DNA of 64,000 nucleotides from Schmidtea polychroa (Eukaryota), in NCBI GenBank assembly GCA_044892525.1, contig CM097885.1:251162001-251226000 (forward strand), given 5' to 3'. Under the pieces are notes generated by a model. It was not told the origin of the DNA and ran no database searches. It saw nothing but the letters and a program-made list of their open reading frames with translations. A program made the position numbers and the translations under genes. Positions 1 to 12,919 of this stretch are shown here, one piece after another (positions within the stretch are counted from its first letter, which is position 1; each line of letters starts with the position of its first letter).

Positions 1-607
1 CAAAAAAATAAACAATAAAATGCTATAAAAATACCGCGGAAGGAGAATAAGGTAAAGAATAATCAATAAAGATGGAGAGTGACATTTGCCAAAAGAAAAC
101 GAAGAAAGTAAAGAAAATTTAAATTTGTTAAAACAATGTGGGGATCTGTTTCTGAGCCAAAAATTCGGCGATTGATCAATTATAATAAGCCGTTATCAAA
201 TGTATCTCAATGTCATCATCTATCTACTGTTGGCGTATACAGAAAATATGGAAAAATCAAGATAGATGCGTGTCGGCTCTTGGCAAACGCTCCATGACCT
301 AAGAACTTTCGACCTGTGTGCCCATGACGACCGCCACGCTGAGAGTCAGGAGACAAGTGAGATTCTGTCTTAAAACTACTATCTCCAATACTTTCTAACG
401 GGTTTGCGACTGCCGGAGGAAGATCTTACATCAAGAGTATCACTGGAAATGAGGTTCTTATATATCACATTACTCTATATACTCATGCGTACTTGACTCT
501 AAAACTGAAAAATCATTATTTCAAACGAAGTTTAAATTAAGATATGAAATAAAGAGAAATATGGAGAAAATCCCGTCCGCTCTGTTGTGTCACGTTGATA
601 CAAAATT

Positions 608-1333
608 CTACTCTAATAATAAAAACCCATCTTCTAATTTTATGTTGTTATGCAAATTGAAAGGAAATTTCTTTTTATTCAAGTCATCTTTTTTCTCTTC
701 TCCCTGTAACACTCTTGTCATGTGAATGAAATCTACATCATCTTGTTGCTTTTCTAAGAGTTTAGTCATCGACTCAGTCTTCTGTAATGAGCTGATATGT
801 CTTACTTTGGCTTTTTCTTCATTTGCGTCTTCATGTCTAGTCTGGCATTGTGCACATAGCATCCCTTTAATCCTTGATATTCCGTCCGCATTTCCATGTT
901 CCTCTCCTTTCCTATATTGAAGATCGAAATCATATCCGGAAAGGTTGGCTAGCCAGGTTTGAAATTGCGGGCTTATCGGTTTTTTTGTGTATCTCATGAA
1001 AACCAACACCTTGTGATCCGTTCGTACTACAAATGACTTTCCGTATAGATATTGTTTAAAATACATTACATATTCGTGTATAGCAAGTAACTCCTTCCTA
1101 GTTACACAATAACCTTTTTCATGCGCGGTCAAGTGTCTCGACCCATATGCAATTACCACTTCAGTACCATCTTTTTTAGCTTGACATAAAACTGCTCCGA
1201 TGGCCCCAAAACTAGCGTCTGTATCCAGAATAAAGTTTCTATCCATTCTTGGGTAATCTAGAATTGGAGCTTCACACAAATTTGTTTTAAGTAATTCAAA
1301 ACTATTGTTGCAATCTTCTGACCAATTAATCTT
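608..1333 (-). pseudogene. Ty3/Gypsy RNase H and linker
   Basis: FILDTDASFGAIGAVL..IAYGSR..ELLAI..F..RTDHK..W...L..YDF.L.YRKG..H.NAD.ISR. In frame with RT through a single TAA. Confidence 0.93.
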
Positions 1334-2662
1334 TTACTCACAGCCGGACGTAGCTGCATGTAGAGGTTCCGCAATTTTCGCATAGTCTTTTATAAACTTC
1401 CTATAGTAATTGGTCATACCTAAAAAGGATCTTAATTGTTTGGCGCATACTGGTATTTCTGCATCTTGAATCTCTTTAATCTTCTTGTCGTTCGTTTTTA
1501 TCCCACTTGCACTTACAGTGTGCCCTAGGAATGTCAATTCTTCTTTATACAGATTACATTTTTCTGGGTTAATTCTCAACCCCGCTAGTTGAATTCTTCT
1601 GAATACTTCCTCTAATCGGTTATTGTGTTCCTCTATGTCTTTTCCATAGACAAGAATGTCGTCGAGGTAGACAACAACACCCTTAAATAATATTCCATCC
1701 AACATTGAGTGCATCATTCTTTGAAACGTCGCAGGGGCTGTTGCTAGTCCAAAAGGAAGTCGGTTAAAACAAAACTGTCCTTGCCTTGTACTGAAAGCCG
1801 TGACCTCTTGAATTTCCTTCGCCATTCCAACTTGATAATATGCTTGACCTAGATCGATGGATGTGAAATATTTTGAATCTGCCAGACAATCCAGTAGAAA
1901 TCGTGTATCTGGCATTGGAAAAGATATCTTTTCAGTGATCGCATTCAACCCTCTATAGTCGACACACATCCTTATTGATCCATCTTTCTTAGCCACAATC
2001 ACTAGTGGCGCGTTCCATGCACTTTTGCATTTTCTAATAACTCTCGCTTCTAATAAGTTTGTGACAAGTTCGTCAAGCTTTTGTTCTAAATGCATTGGTT
2101 GTCTTCTTGGCTGTAACATTACAGGCCCACCTACTATATTCATTTCATGCTGAACAACTTTCGTAAACCCGAGATCAAAAGTTGAAGCCATAAAAATACC
2201 TTTGAACTTCCGTAGCAATATGTCTAACTGTTCATTCTTCCTGTCTCCAAGCATTAATAATGCTTTCTCTTCTCGTTGTGAGTCCACATATGTCCTCATT
2301 ACTTGTGACGCTTCAATATTGTCTACCTCTACCAGTTGAATACCAAATCTCTCCATTGTATCTACACCCCCAATGAAATCTGGACGTATATCTTTGACAA
2401 CTATAACATTAATAATTCTTTTTTTCCCATTCCAATCAGCTTCTATCGTCATTGCTCCTAACGGTCTTTCCATTCCCGTCGAAAATACTCCACAAAGAGA
2501 AATTGTGCTCTGCTTCAACCTCGGTTTCCCGATCTTTGTCCAACTTTTTTCACTCATAACTGATACTGACGCTCCAGAGTCCCAAAGCATGTCAATCACC
2601 GTCATGTTTATTACAATCTTACTCCACTTTCTTCTGTCTGTCGTCTCATACATCTTCTGCAT
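1334..2662 (-). pseudogene. Ty3/Gypsy aspartic protease + reverse transcriptase
   Basis: LWDSGAS protease motif; RMCVDYRGLN, IDLGQAYYQV, RLPFGL, VYLDDILV and FLGH RT motifs. Confidence 0.96.
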
Positions 2663-2691
2663 CTTGTCTTCATTTCGCTTCTTTCTACTGA

Positions 2692-3396
2692 TTATTGTGT
2701 CGACCCCACTGACGAAATGAAAGCAATGGGATCGTCCTTGTTTTTTGGTTTATCCATTGATTTTTTTATCGTTTCTTCGTAATTACTGTATAAATCTTCT
2801 GTGAAATCACCATTATTTCTTTCGTGATCTTCTTCGTAAATACATGCCACTCTCTTCTGATATCCATTTCTATTTTTAAGCAAAAAACAATCTCTGAATC
2901 CATGACCTTCTTTTCCACAGATTAGACATTTGTCTTTCATAGGACATTCAAAACGCCGGTGCCCTATTTCTCCACAACAAAAACACTGACCTGGTGTCAG
3001 TTTCACTGGATGAGGCGAATCTCTTCCTTTGCTGTCATTAAATAACCTTCTTGCAATATCTTTAAGCGATACTGTAGGTATTCTTCTCTCTGGTTCTCCT
3101 GTCTCATATCGTCCTCTATACCGCTCATTTTCATTCTTGTCTTCATTTACAATTGGTACAAACCGACCATTACCAGGTCTATTCCTCTCATGATTAATCT
3201 CTCGGTGTTCGTCGCGTTGATGTGCAGTTGTCTTCACAATTGTTCTTTGGTCTCGTCTACCCTCGAATTTACCATTTTTCATCACTGATGCGTAGGAGTC
3301 TCTTCTTATTGCATCAATATTGAATTTATTGTCATTCGTCATCTCGATCTTCTCCTGAATTTTTGCCATATCCCTGGCATCTTCAAAACTTGTCAC
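2692..3396 (-). pseudogene. gag C-terminus with two CCHC zinc knuckles
   Basis: CFCCGEIGHRRFEC and CLICGKEGHGFRDC. Confidence 0.9.
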
Positions 3397-3853
3397 TTTC
3401 CTGATAAGAATATTTCTTTTACTCTATCGTCTTTCGCTCTGTTTGAGATAATGTCTCGAACAATCTGTTCATCAGACATTCCAGAGCTAAATACACTTTT
3501 AACTAAACTTCTTACTCGTATTTCGAAGACTTGGAATCTTTCATCTCTCTCTTGCTGAATTTGAGCTAGTTCCACAATCTTGTTAGTAATGGTTTTCCTT
3601 ACTGTAAAAGTTTCTATAAACCACTCTTTTGCCATTTCATCGGTCATTATCGCTATTTTCGCCGCTTCCCATGACATCGATGCCGCATCTGTCAACAAAA
3701 GATCCAATGCGTCTACTAGACTTTGATCTTCTATTCTCAGCCATTCCATAATATCCTTTAGCCAAAGTTCGGCTTCAGATCCAACTTTTCCGTCAAACTT
3801 TCTGACATTAAAATTTAGCATCTCACGTGCTTGTTTTGACAAGGAATCTAACA
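3393..3853 (-). pseudogene. gag capsid N-terminal part
   Basis: RKFDG..AELWL..A..W gag-like pattern. The true start is probably MLDSL, downstream of the PBS, not the tracked start at 3950. Confidence 0.75.
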
Positions 3854-3898
3854 TATTCTTAGTTCCTTTCTTTTTTCCTATCGCATTGATTTCCTTGG

Positions 3899-3909
3899 CG
3901 TGGTCGCCA
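3899..3909 (-). promoter_or_regulatory. Primer-binding site TGGCGACCACG (tRNA-Arg-like 3' end)
   Basis: The minus strand reads ...CATCA-TAAC-TGGCGACCACGCC just upstream of gag: an LTR-end CA, a short spacer, then a TGG-initiated PBS. Confidence 0.7.
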
Positions 3910-5449
3910 GTTATGATGTCCTCAACTTCTAAATTCATAAAATAAATCAATAATAATTCAATAAGTTATATTTTTCAAAAACACGCTAAAACGAATATTA
4001 TTCAAACAAAACTTTACATAACTATGATAAATAATGATATCTGAATATCTTATTCATATTTAATTGAATCTTAAAAGTTTAGAAATTTAGAGTTAATATA
4101 TAAAAATGACTGCTTAAGATCTTTTGATATTAAATTAAAAAATTTAATTATATAATTAATTGTTTTTTGCTAACTTTCAAATTAGTTAACTAATTTGCAA
4201 ATTTTCAATTAAATATTTGTTTATATAACCAAATATCAAATGAAAAAATTAAAAGTTTTTATTTTATTTAGATAAATTTGTGTTAGTTTAATTGATAATT
4301 TAATAAAATTTGAAATTATGTTTTAACTGAATTAAAATTCAGGTTGAACGGATTTGATAATTAAATGATAATAATTCGAATTCTGACATACGATTATTCG
4401 GTGAAATGCTTTGTCCTCGTTAAGCATTTCCTTCGCAGTAAGTTCTATTCAATGAATAATTGCACATAAATTTCTCACTAAAATGAAGATTATCACCTTC
4501 TGAGAGTATTAATTTTTATCAGAGTTCTTATGTTGATTAACTTTTCTGGGTTATCATTTGAAATAATGAATATTTAATATTGACTTGATGTGATATTTAG
4601 GCCTTTAAGGGAATATAATGAAATTTGGTCATGATATCTACAAATGTTTTTGAATATGTTTATAATTTGAGTGGTAGAAATGATTTTGTAATGTTATTGA
4701 TTTCTAATTGACAAATTGATTAAATTCAATATCTATTCATTTTATATTTTCTTCTAAGAATATATTATCTATTGATTAATAAAAGAATTATTATTTGAAT
4801 TGGCCTCATGATCTTAATTGCCAAAATTAATGTCTCAATCATTTGCTCAAATTCCCAGGATTCTCGAGTTATATATTACTTTTACTGTCCATCATTGTCA
4901 GCTCACTTAAAATGTTTTCTTTGTCAATAAATTTGTTTTTGAAGTAATAAATAGAATTTAAAGAAAAAAATTTTTTTTTGTGAATTTTCTTTAAATTTCA
5001 GTTGTTTAAATATTCTCGTTTTTTGAGATGAATTTGTAAATTTCTATAAATTGTTTTAAAAAATTCGTTCGGTTTAATTTATAGATTTGACTTGCAACCA
5101 TATAGTAAACAGTAAATGGGCCAAATTGTCATTGAAATTTGAATCTTTTTATACATACGATCAGCAATACCAGGATATATTGTTGAACTGTCTGATAAAA
5201 CTGTATTGCATAGCATTTCATCATGCTGTTATATGCCATCTCGTGAATACCAAGAATGATTGCTGGAACAAAGCTTCTGGACATCTGAGTCTTTTATATC
5301 CAATAGTAATAACTTGACCATCTGGTAGTTAATAACTCTTCAAGTAACGATGAAAAAGCAGGAATTTGCATTTCTTACTCAAAATCAAGAACAACGTAAC
5401 ACAACTTTAATTTTTAACTTTTAGTTTTTTCTTTTTAAAGACTTATTAT

Positions 5450-6212
5450 TCCATTTCCAAACAAACTCGGTTAGAAATTAGCCTCGCAACCTTGTATCAA
5501 CTCATTTTCTTGCCTTTATCTCTAGTTTAAGAGAATTGTTCAAAGACTCAACATTTTGAGTATGAGTTCCTGTAACTGGGTTTACAAAATTATATTTATG
5601 GCGTACAGTACCGTGTGTAAACCCAGCAGAACCCAAGGATGTGTAGCTACGATGAATGGTAGTTCAATCTAAAACATGATACATGATTATTTCAATTTCC
5701 TTATCCGGTATGACCTCTGCCCATATCTTTGTAATGCCGGAACAGCACTCCACTATGCAAATTGCGCCTGTCTCGTTCCCAAGTGAACGTCCACGATGGT
5801 TTTTACATTTAAAATTTAGCATAGTTTCATCCATTTGAACGACAGTTCCGGGTCCACCAAGTTTTCGAGAAGCTTGTTTCGCAACCTGTATTTTGAGCCT
5901 AAGCTTTGCATTGTATTTACGAAAGAAAGGACCCGAAACATCAAGAGTGGTATATATGGAGTGCTGTGTTTGCCTACCAGCTATTCGAAACACGACCCTT
6001 AAAACGCTACAAACATTCTTCCATAGGTCGGAAAAAAAGGATTCTTCCGAAGCGTACGACGACTGTTTATTTTCGAGCAGCCAACGCTATAACAGCGCCA
6101 GCAGTAGCCATCTGAATAACTAGGGGCGGCCTCGTATTTCATTGACAGCCCACAGGTCCCCAGGCAGTACATTACTCTCTAATATATGTTCTTCTTTTGT
6201 ATTGAATGCCAT
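5450..6212 (-). mobile_element. Merlin / IS1595 (ISXO2-like) DDE transposase pseudogene
   Basis: LGGPGTVVQMDET..K.HRGR in ORF 5664-5993. HGTVRHKYNFVNPVTGTHTQNVES lies in another frame at ~5545-5620. Frameshifted. Confidence 0.9.
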
Positions 6213-6360
6213 CTTATGGTGGTAAAATAAAAGTGGTTCGTTAAAATTATATATAAATCAGGATATTTTTTAAAAGTATATTTTTATTGATTTAAAATAA
6301 ATATTAAAATACAAAATATTATGTTAGGTAGGTAGTTATGTGTAGGTGGTAGGTATTAAT

Positions 6361-6400
6361 GTGTACACCAGATCCATGTGCACTCCAGATCTAGATACCC
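6361..6400 (-). repeat. Candidate single terminal repeat of the Merlin element
   Basis: GC-rich GGTATCTAGATCTGGAGTGCACATGGATCTGG (minus) with an internal GATCTGG direct repeat, ~150 bp upstream of the transposase start. I found no partner at the other end. Confidence 0.4.
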
Positions 6401-7880
6401 CCCCCCTCTTTTTAAAAAAAATTTTTTTTTAGAGACTTAATTTAATTTTTTAAAATTATAGATTATGCAATAACTTTAATTCTGTTTAAATCGTTGATTA
6501 CATCATCAATTTTGATTGTTTATAAGAATTTTTTATGTCAATATACTTTAAATTAAATTCTCTATTAATTGAGACTATGACGTATTCAAAATTTCATTTT
6601 TAGTGCACCATTTTTTGAATATACACATCTTTCATTCATTCATTCACATGCATTCATTCATTTTTATATCCCTTTATTGAAATATTTAGAAACTATATTT
6701 TAGTTACTAAAATAGTTATCAATAAATCGAGTAAGGGTAGGAAATTATATAGAATCAATAAGTAACATATAGCTTAGTGTAATAGATGTTAATACATATT
6801 ACAATAAACCCGCTAACATGTGTATACATATATTAAAACACCTACATATTAACATTATTTCATACACACGCACAAATTAATATTAGTCAATAATATTAAA
6901 TAATAACTTCTATTACAGTATTTTAAACTATATCCAATCACTAATTATTGCAAAATAATAAATTATTTCAGTTATTGGTTGCAAAATTAATAAAAATAGT
7001 ACAATAAATCAAAACAACACAATAAAATCTTTCAATAAATTGCAATAATGCCATAAAGTATTCATTAAGTTGCAATAAAGTGGGAAATTATTTCGGTGAA
7101 TAGCAACAATTTAATAAATATTTTACACTAAATTACAACAAAGTATTAACATTTTTCATCAAATTGCAACAAAGTAATAACATATTTTGGAAAAATTTCA
7201 ACAATTGTAAAATATTTAAGCAAATTGTAACAAAATTATAAAAATATTGCAGCAAACTAATAACATACCGATGGATAGTTAACTATATGTGTTAGCACTA
7301 CGCAAAACTTTTCAAATTTTTATTATAGTGTTTTTTATTTGGGGTATGTGAGAATTTTATATCAGGGTATTAAATATTTATATCAATTCGAATTTCTGTT
7401 TGTCACAGTAAATATTATTAAATAAAATTTCTCTCGGTTTTATGAACTTAAAAATAAATTATTATTGAAAATAATAAATCTTATTGGTAAATATATTATT
7501 TTTTTTTAAAGTTTTTCATTTCTCAACTGTGTTTCTCAATATTCTACAAATTGATAATATGTTAATGCACTACTAAAACCTACTAATTTCTGCAAATTAT
7601 TCATAATTAATTCGAATAAACTGTTAATTTAGAATTCTTAAATTTAATAAAACTTTGATTTTTATAGCTTAAATATTATTTAAAAAATCATAACCTATAA
7701 AAATTCGTCAGCAATTAAGGGTAAAATTTTAAAGAATTATATGTCAATTTTGAGTAAATAAAAAATGTATATATATTGCACTGAAAATATGCGTTTTATT
7801 AGGGTTAGTAAATAATTTTAAAATAAAAATTTAGTTATCACATGTAAAATTTTAAACGCTCATACTATTTTTATAATTAT

Positions 7881-8290
7881 TTAAACTATAAAAATCAAGA
7901 CAAGAGAGGACAAGGCAAAGTTTATGCATTTAGTATTGCCAGGCCTAACGAGCAGTGACCAAATATCTGTGCCTGAAAGACACGGTGGATATTTGTTCGC
8001 GTCCACAAGGGTCGTCTGTGCCTCCCCAAGTGGGGTCAGAAAAACCTGGGCATCATAGTTCTCAGTACGGAACATTACGCCTAGCATGTCAGGGTAGTCA
8101 AATACCAGTACATTCGAAACGTATTAAAAATATATTACAAATGTGCGAGCATGACAATGCGTCATTTTTCACTATAACCAAATTAATTAATGTATTCACT
8201 AATAACAATATATATTTACAGAGGCCTACCACTAGTTGGATTGCAACCGCCCACCACGACGATCAGCTTGTAAATACGTATTAATTAAGG
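7881..8290 (-). other. Unidentified GC-rich island (possible terminal exon with hydrophobic C-tail, or structured RNA)
   Basis: An open minus frame ends INFALSSLVLIFIV*. The plus strand also forms several hairpins (7960-7995, 8016-8052). Confidence 0.25.
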
Positions 8291-8899
8291 GATAAAGAGG
8301 GCCCCCAACCCTATTATATTTAATTTACAAAATGATGTTTTTAATATCCAAGGGCTTCTGTCAGTTTTCTCACTCTTCTAATGATGTCAGTCCACTAATG
8401 ATAACATTTAATAAACCAGTAAATTCTTTTATATGACAATATTTTACCATTTTTTATATCCACTAAAATCATCTAAAAAGCATCAAATTTCCTTAAAATA
8501 TCTATCCATCTTTAACACTAGATTTACGGAACCCGTCAATTTGACGGATTCAATTTTTAAAATTAAAAATACAAGAGAAATATTATTTTTTCCAATTTTT
8601 TTTATGTTGGGTATTATTGATACAATGATACGCAAATATATCACTATCCTTTTTTTGTCGCCCTTTTAGTTGAGCGGAAATGTGTTGTATATACATATAA
8701 TTTTACGGACACCCGTGAAATTGTCATTTAATGTCAGTAAATCTAGTGTTAAAGATTAATATTTTATCGATAAGTATTTGTAAAAGATAATATCTAACTA
8801 ATAATATTTATTAAAATCTATTTAAATGACTAATTCTAACCCCTTTAACTTTGATTATCTAAAGATTACACTATAAAACATCTAAAATCAAGTAAATTT

Positions 8900-9370
8900 A
8901 ATTTGTCATTAACCTCAAATAATTTATAAAATCATTTGATAAAACCAGTTATAATTACAAAGAATTAAATTTTTGTTCTATCATTCTACTCGAAATTTAA
9001 AATAAATATTACTGTAATTCACTTTTAACCGAATATACCCCCCTTAAAATATTTCCACGTTAACCGATCCCTCACCAAATAATTCTACCCCCTATCCAAC
9101 CGACTATATCTCCAAAGATTCATGAAATTCCACCCACTTGAGGTCATCACCATTTAATATATTAATTCTTTAAAAACCCTTAGAAAATGTGAAAAATCTT
9201 CATAAATATGAATTTTCATTAATTGTTATCACCACCCAAATATTGTAATATCTAAATATATATACAATAAGAGCATCCCAGATCAAAATTTAATAAAATC
9301 AATATTTTCTACAAATCAACAAAATATTTCACCCCATTTACCATCAAATAGCTAATTAGAGATTATATTT
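8900..9370 (+). repeat. Dispersed AT-rich repeat, inverted copy at ~42500-43690
   Basis: Blocks such as GATAAAACCAGTT..AATTAAATTTTTGTTCTA..CTCGAAAT..AAATAAATATTACTGTA, AATTCCACCCACTTGA and AATCAATATTTTCTACAAAT recur reverse-complemented at 42.5-43.7 kb. Confidence 0.8.
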
Positions 9371-9411
9371 TCTCATGTACACATAACTACCTACTGACGG
9401 CCGTCTTTTTT

Positions 9412-9594
9412 TCACTGATCCACAATTTCTCTTTCGGCAGTAGTTGTAAAACTGTATCCTCTGCCATAGCCTACCATAATTTTCATTAGATAATCAGTAA
9501 AGTCTCTTCCATTCAAATTCATAGACCGAGTTGCACGAGCCAACACATAGGCTTCATAAATCGACATAGAATGTGTTCCTCTATCTCCGGAATC
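9412..9594 (-). pseudogene. Actin gene fragment
   Basis: [58 protein letters not shown] matches actin [49 protein letters not shown], then a stop. Not in the ORF track. Confidence 0.9.
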
Positions 9595-11354
9595 TCACCT
9601 AAAAAGTCTCATCACCCAAATAAGCAACAAATTTCGAAAATCTTTTAAAACTTAAAAATTCCAAAACTTTATTTTAAAACTTTCACAAAAATCCTTAATT
9701 TCCACAAAAACTCGAACCATACACAAAACTAAAAATTGATTCGGCCAAACAAAACTCAAAAAGATACACCTCCAATTCCAAAAATAATACATTGCCTTGC
9801 GTCTGTGTAAAATAAGCTTACAAATCTAATTACCAAAAAACATATTATTAAAACAAACCCTTTTTCATTATTCCATCGTTTTATTTGTTCTGTTTTTCTT
9901 TTTTGAATAATTTGTTTTTTCAAATTAAATATATTCCAATTTAAAACATAATAATATCATGAGAAACTTTATTTTCAATTAAACATATTAACCTTTTCGT
10001 GACGTGCTATTTTCCTATTAAATATGCCTATACGACGGACAGTTTTTGAGGTTTTCGGAATCGTACGGTTCGTGCGCCCACTATGAAATAAGAACTACAG
10101 CCAGAGCTATACATGACAAATAAAATAACAGAGAAGTTTAAACTTGTCTATAAACACTATTATGGGTGTTTTCATATATATGTGTATATATAATGTGTAT
10201 ATAATGTATAATGCATGTATAATGTGTCGTGGAAAAACCGTAGGACCCAAAAGAGTTGCTTAATAAAAATGAGGACGATTGGGGTATATGTTATGTATAA
10301 AAATTACAAATTTAAATATTATTAACAAATTTTATTAATATAAAAAATAAAACGCACTTGGTATATTCTGGATAAAGTTTTCGAGGAGAAACGATCGTTT
10401 CTTTCTTGATTAAGAGAATGATTTTGACTAAATTTTAGTTGGTTATAAAACTAATTCAATAACTTCACCAATTTATGCAGAAGCAAAATTGGCAATTCCA
10501 AAAAATGGAAAAAACACCTAATTAAAAAAATTCGAATGTTATTTCAAATATCAAAAACAAAATTTAACTACTTTTTCATTGATTTGTTTTTTGTATTCTA
10601 TATACTGTTGAGATCTCACTATTTGAGATTTTCAACTTACTGGTTCTTATATAAATGATCGAATAACAATAAGACTGATTATTAAAATTTATTCAAAAAT
10701 AAAATTCACCTTTTAAAATTTACAACTCGATTTGTTTTTTCCGAACTTTTGATATCAAATTGATTTACAATAGATGCTGGTTGTGTTTCAGTTATATGTT
10801 TTGTCGTGCGTGTTATATTGTGAATGCAAAAATTCTTGTGAGACTTTTTATCTGTCTTATTTTTAAGTCTAATGAGGATTTCCATTTTTAGACTGCAAAA
10901 AATCGGTTATAATTTTTGGGCCAATAAACTGATTTTAGTGATCGTTTATATACTAAATTTTTCTACGTGTTGAATGCCTAATAAATATTTATTTTATTTT
11001 TTCTATACCTAAATGTCTAATATTCGAGAAGTTATTATAAATATTTATTTCTATATCCACTAATTTATTTTATCAATTAGATTGAAATCGATTTTGAAAA
11101 TTATTTAATTCTATATCCGCTAATTTATTTTATCAATTAGATTGGAATGAAAATTATTTAATACAAGAATGCTTAAATTATTCTGATATTATTTTTTTTG
11201 ATTATTATATTGGAAAAATTAATTCAAAAATGTGTTGGCGTATGTGGGAGAGGAAAAAATATACACACATGATTGTCATACATACAACGCATCATCGTTC
11301 CACTTAGACACTTCCCTTACATACTCCAAATGATCATACAAATATTCCCACGTA

Positions 11355-11530
11355 TGAGCCCGTGGTGATGTCCCACGTTGGTACTGCCCACACGGGTTGG
11401 AAAAGGTTAGCAGGTGAGCCCCTGCCTTAGGACTACTCCTAACCCCTTCTCGGTTCGGGTTCCATGGTGCCTTAGGAGGTCTTATCCATTTCTACACACG
11501 TGATTCAGTCCGACCCTGGTCCAGAGGGAC
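11355..11530. other. Conserved structured non-coding element, copy A
   Basis: Shares ACGTTGGTACTG, GGGTTG, GTGAGC, GCCTTA, GGGTTC..GG.GCC..AG.AGG, CACGTG and TCCGA, in that order, with 43790-43925. Confidence 0.6.
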
Positions 11531-11766
11531 GACATTTAAGCTCATGCTATGTCTTCATGATCACTTTTTTATTCAAATCAGCCACTAAAAATCACGCATA
11601 CTATTAACACAGTCAAAGATATCGAACAATTATATTAAAATAAACATAAAAAGACAACCATTCTTATTTAGATAATGACACAACATTAAAGATCGTGCAC
11701 AGGATAATGTCAAATTTTTCGAGTTCATTCATAATGCAGGAGAATCGAGACCGATGAAAAAGTTCG

Positions 11767-12527
11767 CTACGAGAATACTTCTCCTTCTGCGAGCATCTCG
11801 TCAATATCGACAGGTAGTCGATGATCTGTGATAAACCTTATCCCCTCGGCCGGAATTACTCGGAAGATTTCCTTGGCGGGGATTGAGTGCGTCGAGGATA
11901 TTTTCTCGATCGTTGATTGCGCCACAGACAACGACGCTTCGAGGGCGGCCATCGCGTTTCTTCGCTTTTGATTTTTTTCTGATCTGGTTGGTCGCTTCCT
12001 CTTACGGGATGGCGGGTCGTTACCTATTGAAGGCGCTATGACGGGTGCGACGAGGATTGGGGCCAGGATGGGGTCAGAAGAGCCACCTGCCATTGGTCGG
12101 TAACCTGACAGCACTGGGGCTGGGATGGGAGGCATATGAGGACCATGCCCTCCGCAGCCTGACTTTGACGACTCGGATAAATGATGGTGAGTGGGAAAAA
12201 CATTGGCTTTATCTTGAATGGGAAACCCTCGTACTCGTTTTGCCAGCTCGGCCTCCGTATACACCTTGTGGAGGGCTTCCGACTGGGCCTTATTGTCAGT
12301 CTCTGACAGCGGCTCTCCTCCAGGAGGCTGTCGCGACAATGTTCTAATCGCAAGATTTTACTCCGCTCTTCTTTCATTTGTGGCGGGGAGAACCACGTCC
12401 CTTCATAGAGATCAATTCTCTTTTTCAATTCCCCGATATATAGGTGGAGCTGTGCGATGTCCGCATTTTTATCGGCACAGGAAAAGCAAGGACGAAGAGT
12501 GCTTCCGGACTTGGTTGGTGTAGTCAT
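11767..12527 (-). pseudogene. Coiled-coil / basic protein, family member A (frameshift near 12330)
   Basis: EGTWFSPPQMKE matches ECTWFSPAEMKK at 44.4 kb. The C-terminal PSRKRKRPTRSEK matches SKPRRKRLGRNTR. Two overlapping ORFs, with a ttttag acceptor immediately before 12527. Confidence 0.6.
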
Positions 12528-12919
12528 CTAAAAGTTAAGACATTTATACTCACACTTCAAACAGTAAGGTATTGTCAGTGACACTCCTACGACGCGAAGT
12601 TTATTACGTCCGTCCCGTATAAAAATAAAACAATAAAAACCAGTCTCATGCATATATACCAGTGGCCATACCGAGATCCATTCAACCCCAAACATTCGAA
12701 CTAATTTATTCAAACAGCTGCAGTTAGATGGAAAAGAAAACGGAACCTTTCACCTCATCCTATGCGCATGTGACAATCTTAAATCTATCTTCGGGGTTAA
12801 AAGTTTACCTTTAACTATATTATCACCAACTTGTATTATCATTTCATTTTCGCTGATTTTTTTTTACATTATTTTTCCCCCTTTTAAATTTGTTGTAAAA
12901 CGCCCTATCTTTTGTTCAA

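Larger units (their letters stand above)
608..3913 (-). mobile_element. Decayed Ty3/Gypsy LTR retrotransposon (PBS-gag-PR-RT-RNaseH), integrase missing
   Basis: Collinear minus-strand ORFs for gag, CCHC knuckles, protease (LWDSGAS), RT (YLDD) and RNaseH (TDAS). They are broken by frameshifts near 3395 and 2680 and an in-frame TAA at 1334. The sequence turns unrelated after 608, with no integrase. Confidence 0.92.

Noticed and set aside
7938-7955. SRP RNA helix-8 motif GCCAGG..AGCAG
   Set aside because: The stem is too short, the loop is not GNRA, and no other SRP helices are recognisable.
11365-11400. HDV-like or pistol ribozyme in element A
   Set aside because: CCCACGT resembles L3, but P3/P1 do not pair and copy B lacks the CC; the pistol pseudoknot partner is absent.
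11438-11500. Telomerase template-like CCTAACCCC and U1-like CTTATCCATT
   Set aside because: Short matches only, and not conserved in copy B.
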